Virus record (IMG/VR): IMGVR_UViG_2660238499_000006
Span: 1-16,014 of that record
From: a virus
Taxonomy: Duplodnaviria; Heunggongvirae; Uroviricota; Caudoviricetes
Length of the DNA stretch: 16,014 nt
Reading direction: 5' to 3' (one strand)
The position numbers and the translations under genes are program-made. Shown one piece after another: positions 1 through 10,284 of this stretch (the first letter of the stretch is position 1; every line of letters begins with the position of its first letter). Under the pieces are notes generated by a model, which did not search any database, had not been told where the DNA came from, and was given only the letters and a program-made list of their open reading frames with translations.

Positions 1-297
1 GGGTGCTTAAGTTACAGGATCCTGGATTCGGGACCAGACGGTACTCAGACGACGCTTACCGCTGTCATTAAACATCACACCATTGAGGCTCTGAAGCTGT
101 TCCCGAACATTGGACAGCATTGCCGACTGTGATTTTACGGAAATAAATTCATAACCCTGATTCCGCAGGTCCTGAATCAGTTCACGTTCCAGGTCCGATT
201 CGCTCTGGTAGCTGTCGCTTGTTTGCTCAGCTTTGATGTACTTATCAAGGACGATAAAGTTATTGGATTCAGCAATGGTGTGTGTTTGATGAGTCAT
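1..297 (-). CDS. hsdR: Type I restriction endonuclease R subunit (HsdR), N-terminal ~97 codons only; gene runs off the window start
   Basis: Minus-strand ORF with ATG at 295-297 (MTHQTHTIAESNNFIVLDKYIKAEQ...), open to the window edge. Lies directly downstream of hsdM-hsdS in the order typical of plasmid-borne type IC systems. N-terminus resembles EcoR124-family HsdR from memory. Confidence 0.7.
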
Positions 298-418
298 AGC
301 GCATCCTTTGTGCCGCCTGGCAAGAGCCGGAAGGGCGTTAAGAGTGACTTCCGGCGCGTAAAAAATAGTCTATATACTGACCGGGTGTTAAGGTGGCCCG
401 ATCGGTAGCAATGGTCAA

Positions 419-1566
<1,148 letters not shown>

Positions 1567-1570
<4 letters not shown>

Positions 1571-3129
1571 TTCTGCACCTCGCAGCCTTCAATTTCAGCC
1601 ACAATCGCATCAATATCTTTACGCAACTGGTCGATTTTGCTAACCGTAGTTTTAAGCTCTGCATTTAGCTCAGCAATATTGATAATTTCGCGGTTATCTT
1701 TCGCTTCTACATAGCAGCTCACCGACAGGTTATAGTCATTAGCGACAACGGTCTCAAACGCGACAGATTTCGCCAGATGAGCAACATCTTCCTTGCTGGC
1801 AAATACCTGCATAATCTGTTCGATATGGGCATCGGTCAGGATATTGTTGTTGGTCTCTTTTTTGAATAGTTCGCTGGCATCAATAAACTGAACTTTGGTA
1901 TCCGTTTTATGTTTAGACAGCACCAGAATATTGACGGCAATAGTGGTGCCAAAGAACAGATTCGGTGCCAGTGAAATCACGGTTTCGACATAGTTATTAT
2001 CAACCAGATACTGACGGATTTTCTGCTCCGCGCCGCCACGGTAAAAAATACCCGGGAAGCAGACAATCGCAGCACGACCTTTGGCCGAAAGATAGTTCAG
2101 CGCATGTAATACAAACGCAAAGTCAGCTTTGGATTTGGGGGCCAGAACGCCAGCCGGGGCAAAACGCTCATCGTTAATCAGCGTCGGGTCATCGCTGCCA
2201 ATCCATTTCACCGAATACGGCGGGTTAGAAACGATGGCATCAAACGGTTTTTCATCTCTGAAGTGCGGTTCAGTCAGCGTATTGCCCAGCTTGATATCAA
2301 ACTTGTCGTAGTTGATGTTGTGCAAAAACATGTTCATACGTGCCAGGTTATAGGTCGTATGGTTGATTTCTTGTCCGAAAAAGCCTTCTTCAATGATATG
2401 GTTATCAAACTGCTTTTTAGCCTGCAACAACAGCGAACCGGAACCTGCGGCCGGGTCGTAGATTTTGTTAACGTGGGTCTGGCCATGCATTGCCAGTTGT
2501 GCAATCAGCTTAGAGACGTGCTGCGGTGTAAAGAACTCACCGCCTGACTTACCGGCATTTGCCGCATAGTTAGAAATCAGGAACTCATAGGCATCACCGA
2601 ACAGGTCAATCTGATGTTCGTTGAAGTCACCAAGTTTTAACCCTTCAACCCCTTTCAGAACCGCAGCCAGGCGGGCATTTTTATCTTTAACGGTGTTACC
2701 CAGGCGGTTACTGGTGGTATCGAAATCAGCAAACAAACCTTTGATGTCAGCTTCTGAAGGGTAACCGTAAGCAGAACTTTCGATAGCAACGAAGATGCTG
2801 TTTAAATCTGCATTCAGTCTGTCATTGGTATTTGCTTTCGCAGCTACGTTGCAGAAAAGCTGACTGGGGTAGATGAAGTAACCTTTGGTTTTGATGGCAT
2901 CGTCTTTAATGTCATCAGTAATTACGCTGTCATCCAGTTTCGCATAACAGATACTGTCATCACCGGCTTCAATATAGCTGGAAAAATTTTCGCTGATAAA
3001 ACGGTAGAAAAGTGCGCCCAGAACGTATTGCTTAAAATCCCATCCATCGACCGAACCCCTGACATCGTTAGCAATTTGCCAGATTTGACGATGAAGCTCT
3101 GCACGTTGTTGAATACTTGTCATTTTCAT
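1567..3129 (-). CDS. hsdM: Type I R-M N6-adenine DNA methyltransferase subunit (HsdM)
   Basis: 520-aa minus ORF with the catalytic NPPY motif (..[12 protein letters not shown]..) and an AdoMet-binding-like [11 protein letters not shown] motif. Stop overlaps the hsdS start. Confidence 0.93.
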
Positions 3130-3253
3130 CCACTTATTTCAGGCTTATGTAATTGGCGGTGATTCTACAGCAACTTGGATGCTTTAGCAGTTCGGACATT
3201 AGGCAACGAATGACCTAATTAGAGCTTTTTGGAAAAGCGGTATTGTCGGTGCG

Positions 3254-3478
3254 ATGATAGCTATGTTTGGGTGCGCGATGGTGCAATACAATGACGGTGA
3301 AAAGGTAAGCATCCAGTCTGATGGCTGGTATGGGCTGGATAGCCTGCAAAAAACCGCAGATAAAGCCTGTCAGCAATATGGAAAGTCCAAAGCTGTATAT
3401 CAGCATAGTGCGAACGCTAACCCTCATCTTACGCCCGGTTCGGGTGTTCAGAATACCATCTGGAAATGTGAGCCTTAA
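3254..3478 (+). CDS. Small hypothetical protein, tightly coupled to hot (stop 2 nt before the hot ATG); true start uncertain
   Basis: 74-aa [21 protein letters not shown]...; frame is open upstream to 3203 with a hydrophobic stretch but no ATG. Likely the P1 upf-type gene preceding hot. Confidence 0.4.
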   Translation: MIAMFGCAMVQYNDGEKVSIQSDGWYGLDSLQKTADKACQQYGKSKAVYQHSANANPHLTPGSGVQNTIWKCEP

Positions 3479-3480
3479 AC

Positions 3481-3732
3481 ATGAGCAACTGGAACATAGC
3501 AGCTAAAAGCCAGGAAGAAAGGAATAAAGTTAACGTTGACCTGGCTGCCAGGGGGGTTGCCTACAAAGAGCGATTGAACATACCCGTCATAGCGGAACAG
3601 GTAGCCCGTGAGCAACCTGAGAACCTGCGCACCTATTTCATGGAACGGCTACGGCACTACCGGCAGTTAAGCCTCCTGCTGCCAAAAGGAAACGATCCGG
3701 TATATCAGAAAGAAGATATAGCCAAAAAATAA
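3481..3732 (+). CDS. hot: Hot, homolog of DNA polymerase III theta subunit (HolE-like)
   Basis: 83 aa containing [35 protein letters not shown], which matches the HolE/theta pattern ([20 protein letters not shown]...EQPE.LR). Sits immediately upstream of humD as in P1. Confidence 0.75.
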   Translation: MSNWNIAAKSQEERNKVNVDLAARGVAYKERLNIPVIAEQVAREQPENLRTYFMERLRHYRQLSLLLPKGNDPVYQKEDIAKK

Positions 3733-3792
3733 CGCGCCACCAGGCGAGCGCAAAGCATCGCGCTATTGCACACTTCAAGCATCTTTAATGTA

Positions 3793-3812
3793 TACTGTAT
3801 GGATAAACAGTA
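3793..3812 (+). promoter_or_regulatory. LexA (SOS) box upstream of humD
   Basis: tACTGTATGGATAAACAGta fits the CTGT-N8-ACAG consensus, centred about 28 bp upstream of the humD ATG. Confidence 0.7.
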
Positions 3813-3830
3813 CTCTGAGGTGAAAACGCT

Positions 3831-4220
3831 ATGGGCTTCCCTTCTCCTGCGGCGGATTATGCTGAGAGCCGTATTTCTCTTGATCAGCAGATAATTAGAC
3901 ATCCTTCAGCGACCTACTTCATGAGGGCAGCTGATAGTCATCATCGTGAGGGAATATTACAGGGTGCATTGCTGGTGGTTGATTCCTCACTTACCCCAGT
4001 TGATGGTTCTCTGCTTGTATGCGCTCTGGATGGGGAATATCGCGTAAAAAGATACCGGAAGTATCCACGTCAGCATCTGGAGGATTTAAGCACCGGGAAG
4101 AAAGAGGCGTTACCAGTAGATGACGATGGATGCACGGGCAGTAATGCTGTGTTTGGTGTGATCACTCATGTCATTAATGATGCCCGAAGTGGGGAATTTG
4201 ATGATTGTCCGGTGATTTAA
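3831..4220 (+). CDS. humD: HumD, UmuD'-like translesion-synthesis accessory protein (S24 peptidase fold)
   Basis: 129 aa, MGFPSPAADYAE... is the UmuD' N-terminal signature. SD gaggtga 8 nt upstream and a LexA box in the promoter. Confidence 0.85.
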   Translation: MGFPSPAADYAESRISLDQQIIRHPSATYFMRAADSHHREGILQGALLVVDSSLTPVDGSLLVCALDGEYRVKRYRKYPRQHLEDLSTGKKEALPVDDDGCTGSNAVFGVITHVINDARSGEFDDCPVI

Positions 4221-4255
4221 GCTGCAAAGTGCTGGTGCTTTATGCCTGTGAAGTT

Positions 4256-4283
4256 TATAATTGTGTACACATAACGAGTACAC
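4256..4283 (+). promoter_or_regulatory. phd-doc promoter -10 (TATAAT 4256-4261) followed by a palindromic candidate Phd operator (GTGTACAC 4263-4270; GTACAC 4278-4283)
   Basis: Perfect TATAAT, then the self-complementary GTGTACAC and a second GTACAC half-site immediately before the phd RBS. Confidence 0.5.
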
Positions 4284-4292
4284 GAGGTGTTT

Positions 4293-4514
4293 ATGCAATC
4301 CATTAACTTCCGTACCGCGCGCGGCAACCTTTCTGAAGTGCTCAACAATGTTGAGGCCGGGGAAGAGGTTGAAATCACCCGCAGAGGCCGTGAGCCAGCA
4401 GTAATTGTCAGCAAGGCTACTTTCGAAGCCTACAAAAAAGCGGCGCTGGATGCTGAATTTGCATCCCTGTTTGACACTCTGGACTCCACCAACAAGGAAC
4501 TGGTTAACCGATAA
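4293..4514 (+). CDS. phd: Phd antitoxin (prevent-host-death), 73 aa
   Basis: [49 protein letters not shown]... ATG at 4293 preferred over the GTG at 4287 reported in the ORF track. Stop overlaps the doc start. Confidence 0.92.
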
Positions 4515-4894
4515 TGAGGCATATATCACCGGAAGAACTTATTGCGCTTCATGATGCGAATATAAGCCGCTACGGCGGCCTGCCGGGAATGTCAGATCCG
4601 GGTAGGGCAGAGGCCATTATCGGGAGAGTTCAGGCCAGAGTTGCCTACGAAGAGATCACCGACCTTTTCGAAGTCTCCGCCACCTACCTGGTGGCTACAG
4701 CGAGAGGGCATATATTCAATGATGCCAATAAGCGTACCGCGCTAAACAGTGCGCTGCTATTTCTACGCCGTAACGGGGTGCAGGTATTTGATTCACCTGA
4801 ACTGGCAGACCTTACTGTAGGGGCTGCGACCGGAGAGATATCTGTATCTTCTGTCGCCGACACGTTACGTAGATTGTATGGTTCCGCGGAGTAG
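4514..4894 (+). CDS. doc: Doc toxin (death-on-curing; Fic-fold kinase), 126 aa
   Basis: [22 protein letters not shown]... with the Fic-type motif [14 protein letters not shown] overlap with phd. Confidence 0.92.
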
Positions 4895-4898
4895 ATTA

Positions 4899-5078
4899 AT
4901 GGCACGTAAATACAACAAGTTGTCCCGTGAAGCGTTAAAGATGCTTCTTGATGGCGTGAGTCGCCGCGAGGTAAAGCAATACCTGGTTGGTAAGCAAATT
5001 GGTGCCAGGACCGCTATTGCTGTGTTATGCCGTCAGGAAATGGTTGTGCTTAAACAGAGAATGTCGGGCAGCAGATAA
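4899..5078 (+). CDS. pdcA: PdcA (post-doc protein A), small protein; start chosen at the ATG with SD gcggag
   Basis: ORF in the P1 position after doc. ATG at 4899 (MARKYNKLSREALKMLLDG...) has a better RBS than the upstream in-frame start at 4878. Confidence 0.5.
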   Translation: MARKYNKLSREALKMLLDGVSRREVKQYLVGKQIGARTAIAVLCRQEMVVLKQRMSGSR

Positions 5079-5105
5079 AGCCCAATCAGTGATTAAAGGT
5101 GTGAT

Positions 5106-6149
5106 GTGAAAGCCGTAATTACTCCCTTTGTACAAAAAGAGCTTGGCGTCGCCACATTCAAAGTGGATCAGGAGGTCAGAAAGCTGGTGGAGGCTGGCCG
5201 TAAATTTATTATGGAGCCGGTGCCGCGTGAGTTAATCGAGCACATGGACGACGGCCTCGTTGCTTCCGAGCAAACTATAGCAACAAATGAGGCGTTGCAG
5301 CCGTTTTTTAACAGCGATGAACTGTTTCGCCGTATTGGTGGAATTGACGCGCTGGTGGCGTGGTTGCGCAGGAAAGAGGGGCAATGCCAGGCCGCAGATC
5401 GTAGCTGGTGTGACAACCATATTGTCCACGCAGAACGAGACAATAGCGCGGTGTTGTTGTGCTGGCATCACGATAACCATTACCGGATGCGTGGTTTTAA
5501 TGAGCTGAAAGAAACGCTGCATAATAATCGCGTTAACTGGATACTGGATGTCGCCCGTCAGGAAATGGGGCTTTCAGATGGCCATGATTTAAGTATTCAG
5601 GAACTGTGCTGGTGGGCTTTCATGCGCGACATGATGCACCTGATGCCGGAAGAAGTCTGCCGTATATCAATAAATAAGATTAAGGCTGCAACGCAGGATA
5701 GCGGACCTCTGAAAGAGGCGGATATTCGCCCGTATGACGATCGCGCTACAGCATATGTTCAGATGATGGAAGAACGCGCCGCGCCGATGCGTGCAAAAGT
5801 ATGCTCTGTGGATGTTGACTCCGACCCTGGCATGGCGCATTTCAAAATACCAAAACTGCAATCGCTAAAATTACCTGAGTACATGGACTTTGTTGCTTCC
5901 CGTCCATGCTGTGGGTGTGGAGCTGCGGGAGCTGGCGCTCACATTACGCCTTATATCGTTCGTCATAGTCGATTATGCGCGCATGACATTTACGCAATTC
6001 CTCTGTGCCAGTCATGCCAGCGTGATATTGAGCGTGACCGCGATAATTGGGAGAAGACGCACGGTAGGTTGGCGATGCATCAACGATTGTTCTTTGATTA
6101 CGCGCTTGGAGTGGGCGTTATCACAAGTCATTCGTCGAGTGTTAGATAA
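5106..6149 (+). CDS. pdcB: PdcB (post-doc protein B), 347 aa, Cys/His-rich C-terminus (possible HNH/zinc-binding-like module)
   Basis: GTG start with SD aaaggtg. C-terminal ...[41 protein letters not shown]... Position conserved with P1. Confidence 0.6.
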   Translation: MKAVITPFVQKELGVATFKVDQEVRKLVEAGRKFIMEPVPRELIEHMDDGLVASEQTIATNEALQPFFNSDELFRRIGGIDALVAWLRRKEGQCQAADRSWCDNHIVHAERDNSAVLLCWHHDNHYRMRGFNELKETLHNNRVNWILDVARQEMGLSDGHDLSIQELCWWAFMRDMMHLMPEEVCRISINKIKAATQDSGPLKEADIRPYDDRATAYVQMMEERAAPMRAKVCSVDVDSDPGMAHFKIPKLQSLKLPEYMDFVASRPCCGCGAAGAGAHITPYIVRHSRLCAHDIYAIPLCQSCQRDIERDRDNWEKTHGRLAMHQRLFFDYALGVGVITSHSSSVR

Positions 6150-6150
6150 A

Positions 6151-6193
6151 ATTGCTCTAATGTATTGCTATTTCTTTAATCGAGGGTATTATA
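6151..6193 (+). promoter_or_regulatory. C1 operator (ATTGCTCTAATgtATTg, 6151-6167) overlapping a promoter for lpa (-35 TTGCTA 6165-6170, -10 TATTAT 6187-6192)
   Basis: 11/11 match to the ATTGCTCTAAT operator core; the promoter hexamers are read directly from the sequence. Confidence 0.65.
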
Positions 6194-6237
6194 TTCCACG
6201 TTGATTAGTTGACATGGGCTAATCAGTAGGTGACAGG

Positions 6238-6690
6238 ATGTTACTTAACTGGCAGGGACGCCACTTCATGGAAATAAATCACTCACGAATAACATCGTAC
6301 GAGATTGCGGATTACATGATCCGCACTAAATCTCTTCTATCAGCGAAAGAACTCGCAGCAATTCTTGAAAAGGAACACCCGCATCTGGATGTCGATAAGC
6401 GCGATGTTTATCTGCGCTTAAAGGCTATCGCTGTGTCTAAGTATTCGTCTGTTTTGATTGATGACAGTACACGCCCACGTAGATTTCAGATCCACTCTCT
6501 GAATCCTGAATTCTTTCGCCGTAGCCGCGCTCCGCGCCGGTTTGATGAAAAACTCCAGAATGAACTCTATATGACGCAGGACGAAAAGGAACGCCGGGAG
6601 CACCAGCCTTGGGTAATGGCGCGTCAACTTTTCAATAAGGTGGCCCGTCAGCACCGTCATTACGGTAATGCCACATCCGCACGTATCTGA
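6238..6690 (+). CDS. lpa: Lpa, late promoter activator (gp10-like)
   Basis: 150-aa basic protein immediately upstream of pacA and preceded by a C1-operator-controlled promoter. An alternative start at 6268 (MEINHSR) cannot be excluded. Confidence 0.6.
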   Translation: MLLNWQGRHFMEINHSRITSYEIADYMIRTKSLLSAKELAAILEKEHPHLDVDKRDVYLRLKAIAVSKYSSVLIDDSTRPRRFQIHSLNPEFFRRSRAPRRFDEKLQNELYMTQDEKERREHQPWVMARQLFNKVARQHRHYGNATSARI

Positions 6691-6776
6691 TTGATTGCTT
6701 GCCCGTTCCGGGCCTTTTGACATGTGACTTTCGTTACCCTCGCGTCAAAAAGAGTTTTATACGAAAGGAAGCATAA

Positions 6777-7970
6777 GTGACCTGGGACGATCACAAGAAG
6801 AATTTTGCTCGCCTGGCGCGAGATGGTGGTTACACCATCGCACAGTATGCCGCCGAGTTTAATCTTAACCCTAATACCGCACGTCGTTATCTCCGTGCCT
6901 TCAAAGAAGACACCAGGACTGCGGACAGCCGCAAGCCAAATAAGCCAGTCAGGAAGCCACTAAAAAGCATGATCATTGATCACTCTAATGATCAACATGC
7001 AGGTGATCATATTGCGGCTGAAATAGCGGAAAAACAGAGAGTTAATGCCGTTGTCAGTGCCGCAGTCGAGAATGCGAAGCGCCAAAATAAGCGCATAAAT
7101 GATCGTTCGGATGATCATGACGTGATCAACCGCGCCCACCGGACCTTACGTGATCGCCTGGAACGCGACACCCTGGATGATGATGGTGAACGCTTTGAAT
7201 TCGAAGCTGGCGATTACCTGATAGATAACGTTGAAGCGCGGAAGGCCGCGCGCGCTATGTTGCGTCGGTCCGGGGCCGATGTTCTGGAAACCACTCTTCT
7301 TGAAAAGTCTCTTTCTCATCTCCTTATGCTGGAGAACGCCAGGGATACGTGTATTCGCCTGGTGCAGGAAATGCGCGATCAGCAAAAAGACGATGATGAA
7401 GGTACTCCGCCTGAATACCGTATCGCGAGCATGCTAAACAGCTGTTCCGCGCAGATAAGCAGTCTGATCAACACCATTTACAGCATCCGGAATAACTATC
7501 GAAAAGAAAGCCGGGAGGCGGAAAAGCACGCTTTGTCTATGGGGCAAGCTGGCATTGTTAAGCTGGCATACGAACGAAAGCGTGAAAATAACTGGTCAGT
7601 GCTGGAAGCGGCTGAATTCATCGAGGCGCATGGAGGAAAAGTGCCGCCCCTGATGCTGGAGCAAATCAAAGCCGATCTGCGTGCTCCTAAGACCAATACC
7701 GATGATGAGGAAAACCAAACAGCATCTGGCGCTCCATCACTTGAAGATCTGGATAAAATCGCGCGAGAACGGGCCGCCAGCCGCCGCGCTGATGCGGCAT
7801 TGTGGATTGAGCATCGTAGAGAAGAAATTGCCGATATCGTCGATACAGGTGGTTATGGTGATGTCGATGCGGAAGGCATATCAAACGAAGCATGGCTTGA
7901 ACAGGATCTGGACGAAGACGAGGAGGAAGACGAAGAAGTCACCCGCAAGCTATACGGGGATGATGATTAA
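6777..7970 (+). CDS. pacA: PacA, packaging (pacase) subunit; contains the pac site and an acidic C-terminal tail
   Basis: 397 aa; GTG start with SD aaggaag. pac hexamer clusters lie inside the ORF. C-terminus ...[19 protein letters not shown] overlap with pacB. Confidence 0.85.
   Translation: MTWDDHKKNFARLARDGGYTIAQYAAEFNLNPNTARRYLRAFKEDTRTADSRKPNKPVRKPLKSMIIDHSNDQHAGDHIAAEIAEKQRVNAVVSAAVENAKRQNKRINDRSDDHDVINRAHRTLRDRLERDTLDDDGERFEFEAGDYLIDNVEARKAARAMLRRSGADVLETTLLEKSLSHLLMLENARDTCIRLVQEMRDQQKDDDEGTPPEYRIASMLNSCSAQISSLINTIYSIRNNYRKESREAEKHALSMGQAGIVKLAYERKRENNWSVLEAAEFIEAHGGKVPPLMLEQIKADLRAPKTNTDDEENQTASGAPSLEDLDKIARERAASRRADAALWIEHRREEIADIVDTGGYGDVDAEGISNEAWLEQDLDEDEEEDEEVTRKLYGDDD
6970..7128. 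other. P1-type pac site: four TGATCA hexamers (6970, 6977, 6989, 7004) and three TGATC(G/A) hexamers (7100, 7112, 7123) flanking the cleavage region; an extra TGATCG at 7151
   Basis: Seven hexamers in a 4+3 arrangement over about 160 bp, each carrying a Dam GATC site, matching the described organisation of the P1 pac site. Confidence 0.85.
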
Positions 7971-9454
7971 TGGCCAGAAGTTGCGTAACGGATCCACGTT
8001 GGCGCGAGCTGGTGGCGCTATATCGTTATGACTGGATTGCGGCCGCTGATGTTTTGTTCGGCAAAACACCTACCTGGCAGCAGGATCTGATTATTGAGTC
8101 TGTGCAGGAACAGGGTAGCAAGACATCTGTTTCGTCTGGTCACGGTACCGGGAAATCAGACATGACTTCTATCATGATCATGTTGTTCATAATCATGTAT
8201 CCCGGTGCCCGCGCCATTATCGTTGCGAACAAAATTCAGCAGGTAATGACCGGTATTTTCAAGTACATCAAGATAAACTGGGCTACTGCCACCAGCCGTT
8301 TTCCATGGCTTGCTGATTATTTTGTTCTGACAGAAACCGCTTTCTATGAGGTTACTGGTAAAGGTGTATGGACTGTAGTACCGAAGGGCTTTCGTCTGGG
8401 AAGTGAAGAAGCTCTCGCCGGTGAACACGCAGATCATCTTCTGTATATTATCGATGAAGCCTCCGGTGTCAGTGATAGAGCTTTCGGTATCATCACCGGT
8501 GCTCTTACCGGACAGGATAACCGCATCTTATTGCTGTCACAGCCTACACGCCCAAGCGGCTATTTCTACGATACACACCATAAACTGGCCAAGCGTCCTG
8601 GTAACCCTGATGGCGTTTATACGGCGATCACGCTTAACAGTGAGGAATCACCGTTGGTAACGCCAGCATTTATCAAAATGAAGCTGGCGGAGTACGGCGG
8701 GCGTGATAACCCTATGTACATGATTAAGGTACGCGGCCTATTCCCTAAATCACAGGATGGCTTCCTTCTTGGACGTGATGAGGTTGAACGTGCAACGCGG
8801 CGGAAAGTCAAGATTGCAAAAGGATGGGGCTGGCTTGCATGTGTGGACGTTGCTGGTGGTACGGGACGGGATAAGTCCGTTATCAATATCATGATGGTGT
8901 CCGGCCAGCGAAATAAACGCCGTGTAATCAACTATCGAATGCTGGAATACACAGACGTTACAGAAACGCAGCTTGCCGCCAAAATTTTCGCAGAATGTAA
9001 TCCTGAGCGATTCCCAAATATCACCATAGCGATAGATGGCGATGGCCTGGGTAAAGCAACGGCGGATCTGATGTACGAGTATTATGGTATTACCGTACAG
9101 CGTATACGCTGGGGTAAAAAGATGCATAGCCGTGAAGATAAGAGCCTGTACTTTGATAAACGTGCTTATGCCAACGTTCAAGCCGCAGAGGCCGTAAAAT
9201 CTGGTCGTATGAGACTGGATAAGGGTAATGAAACTATTGAGGAAGCGTCGAAAATCCCTGTAGGGATTAACTCCGCAGGTCAATGGAAGGTGATGAGTAA
9301 GGAGGATATGAAGAAAAAACTCAACCTGCACTCACCAGACCATTGGGATACATATTGTTTCGCTATGCTGGCGGATTATGTTCCTCAGGATGAAGTGCTT
9401 AGCGTCGAAGACGAAGCGCAGGTTGATGAAGCTCTGGCATGGCTTAATGAATAA
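7970..9454 (+). CDS. pacB: PacB, packaging (pacase/terminase-like) large subunit
   Basis: 494 aa, translationally coupled to pacA. Contains a Walker-A-like [10 protein letters not shown] motif and an acidic region. Confidence 0.85.
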   Translation: MARSCVTDPRWRELVALYRYDWIAAADVLFGKTPTWQQDLIIESVQEQGSKTSVSSGHGTGKSDMTSIMIMLFIIMYPGARAIIVANKIQQVMTGIFKYIKINWATATSRFPWLADYFVLTETAFYEVTGKGVWTVVPKGFRLGSEEALAGEHADHLLYIIDEASGVSDRAFGIITGALTGQDNRILLLSQPTRPSGYFYDTHHKLAKRPGNPDGVYTAITLNSEESPLVTPAFIKMKLAEYGGRDNPMYMIKVRGLFPKSQDGFLLGRDEVERATRRKVKIAKGWGWLACVDVAGGTGRDKSVINIMMVSGQRNKRRVINYRMLEYTDVTETQLAAKIFAECNPERFPNITIAIDGDGLGKATADLMYEYYGITVQRIRWGKKMHSREDKSLYFDKRAYANVQAAEAVKSGRMRLDKGNETIEEASKIPVGINSAGQWKVMSKEDMKKKLNLHSPDHWDTYCFAMLADYVPQDEVLSVEDEAQVDEALAWLNE

Positions 9455-9457
9455 ATA

Positions 9458-9474
9458 TTTGCTCTAATAAATTG
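9458..9474 (+). promoter_or_regulatory. C1 operator (tTTGCTCTAATAAATTg) immediately after the pacB stop
   Basis: 16/17 match to the ATTGCTCTAATAAATTT consensus. Confidence 0.7.
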
Positions 9475-9605
9475 TGTTTTTTAACTACCGATGTTACATT
9501 GAACCTGACCTCTTGCGCCTTGAGGCATTTTCGGTTTATGCTTATCAGGCACCTCAGTAAAACGGGTGCCGGGATTGAGACCCCGGATAATGCAAAAGGC
9601 GACAC

Positions 9606-9629
9606 AGACGCCAAAAGCGTCTTTTTTTG
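9606..9629 (+). terminator. Rho-independent terminator (stem agacgc/gcgtct, loop caaaa, T7)
   Basis: GC-containing hairpin followed by TTTTTTT on the plus strand, about 150 nt after pacB. Confidence 0.6.
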
Positions 9630-9813
9630 TGTCATGCCATCGCACAGCCATACGTAGCGTTTAGCTCAGAGATCAATGGTAGTGCTGGCTGGGCTGCCGA
9701 AAGGCAGGCCGGTTCCCTTTTGCGCCGGTAGTCTCAACCCAGTCAGTGCTACCGCCATTGAGATTGAGACCTCACGCGGTAGCTCCTTAAATTAGCAAAA
9801 GGAGGCTGCCATT

Positions 9814-10035
9814 GTGGCTACTATCCCTACCCCTGCTCATCCTGAATTTATCTGGCGCTTTTACTCCTGCCAAAAACGTCACTATCACTTCGTTATTGCA
9901 CCGACAGAAGATGAGGCACGTTCTCAGCTTCCGGATGCTCCCTGTATTTTCTCTGCCCGCTTTTCTACCGATTCGCGCAATTCTCTCAGTTACTGGTGCC
10001 TCCCTGTTAACGCTTCTGCTCAGGAGGGACTATGA
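9814..10035 (+). CDS. Icd-like small protein (candidate host cell-division inhibitor), 73 aa
   Basis: GTG start 8 nt after GGAGG. PEFIWRF...PTEDEARSQL...IFSARF fits the Icd-like F.WRF / TE.EAR pattern as I recall it. Its TGA stop overlaps the ATG of the next ORF (ATGA). Confidence 0.45.
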   Translation: MATIPTPAHPEFIWRFYSCQKRHYHFVIAPTEDEARSQLPDAPCIFSARFSTDSRNSLSYWCLPVNASAQEGL

Positions 10036-10214
10036 GAACGTCATTAGTCACCCGTGAAGAGATGATCGAGGCAATTGAACAGCACACTGCCTGTATCAGT
10101 ACCAGGGATATACCGGGCGTTATTGCCAACTACTTCATTCATGATCACCAAACAACTTTACCGGAGAAAGGACAAACACGCGGTTCACCGCATTCTGCTA
10201 ACCGATATCCGTGA
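10032..10214 (+). CDS. 60-aa ORF translationally coupled to the icd-like gene; possibly the N-terminal remnant of a frame-disrupted Ant1-like start
   Basis: ATG overlaps the upstream stop (ctATGA). The ORF ends at 10214 while the ant frame (+1) is open across the same region. Confidence 0.3.
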   Translation: MRTSLVTREEMIEAIEQHTACISTRDIPGVIANYFIHDHQTTLPEKGQTRGSPHSANRYP

Positions 10215-10284
10215 ATACCTGCTCGAACAGGGTCATCTGAATTACGCAACCGTCGCAGCCGAAGCACGCAAGGAGGCACACAGA

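Noticed and set aside
321-348. Hairpin gccggaag...cttccggc between hsdS and hsdR
   Set aside because: It is not followed by a T-run on either strand in the right orientation, so it is more likely hsdR leader structure than a terminator.
1965-2547. Plus-strand ORFs of 60-94 aa antisense to hsdM
   Set aside because: They are embedded in a well-supported methyltransferase gene on the opposite strand and have no start signals.
3208-3226. C1-operator-like core (GCTCTAATTA) near the hsdM promoter
   Set aside because: Only the 8-bp core matches and the flanks do not, so it is too weak to call an operator without a binding assay.
3215-3427. Minus-strand 70-aa hydrophobic ORF
   Set aside because: It overlaps the plus-strand ORF that is coupled to hot, and it is probably a hydrophobic antisense artefact.
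5168-5861. Several 64-96 aa ORFs on both strands within pdcB
   Set aside because: They are nested in or antisense to the 347-aa pdcB ORF and have no independent support.
8156-9331. Minus-strand ORFs, including one of 193 aa (8750-9331), antisense to pacB
   Set aside because: They lie fully inside the conserved pacB gene, and the 193-aa translation is low-complexity with no recognisable domain.
9444-9657. ORFs 9444-9635 (-) and 9472-9657 (+) in the post-pacB intergenic region
   Set aside because: They span the C1 operator and the terminator hairpin and have non-ATG or weak starts, so the region is better explained as regulatory.
9640-9800. Possible tRNA gene in the structured region upstream of the icd-like ORF
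   Set aside because: I could not find a T-arm GTTCRANYC motif or a cloverleaf, so it is treated as a regulatory RNA candidate only.
10075-10284. 357-aa version of the ant-like ORF starting at TTG 10075
   Set aside because: The TTG start immediately follows an in-frame stop and has no SD, whereas the ATG at 10285 has a strong AGGAGG. The open frame upstream is better explained by the frame-break hypothesis in the findings.
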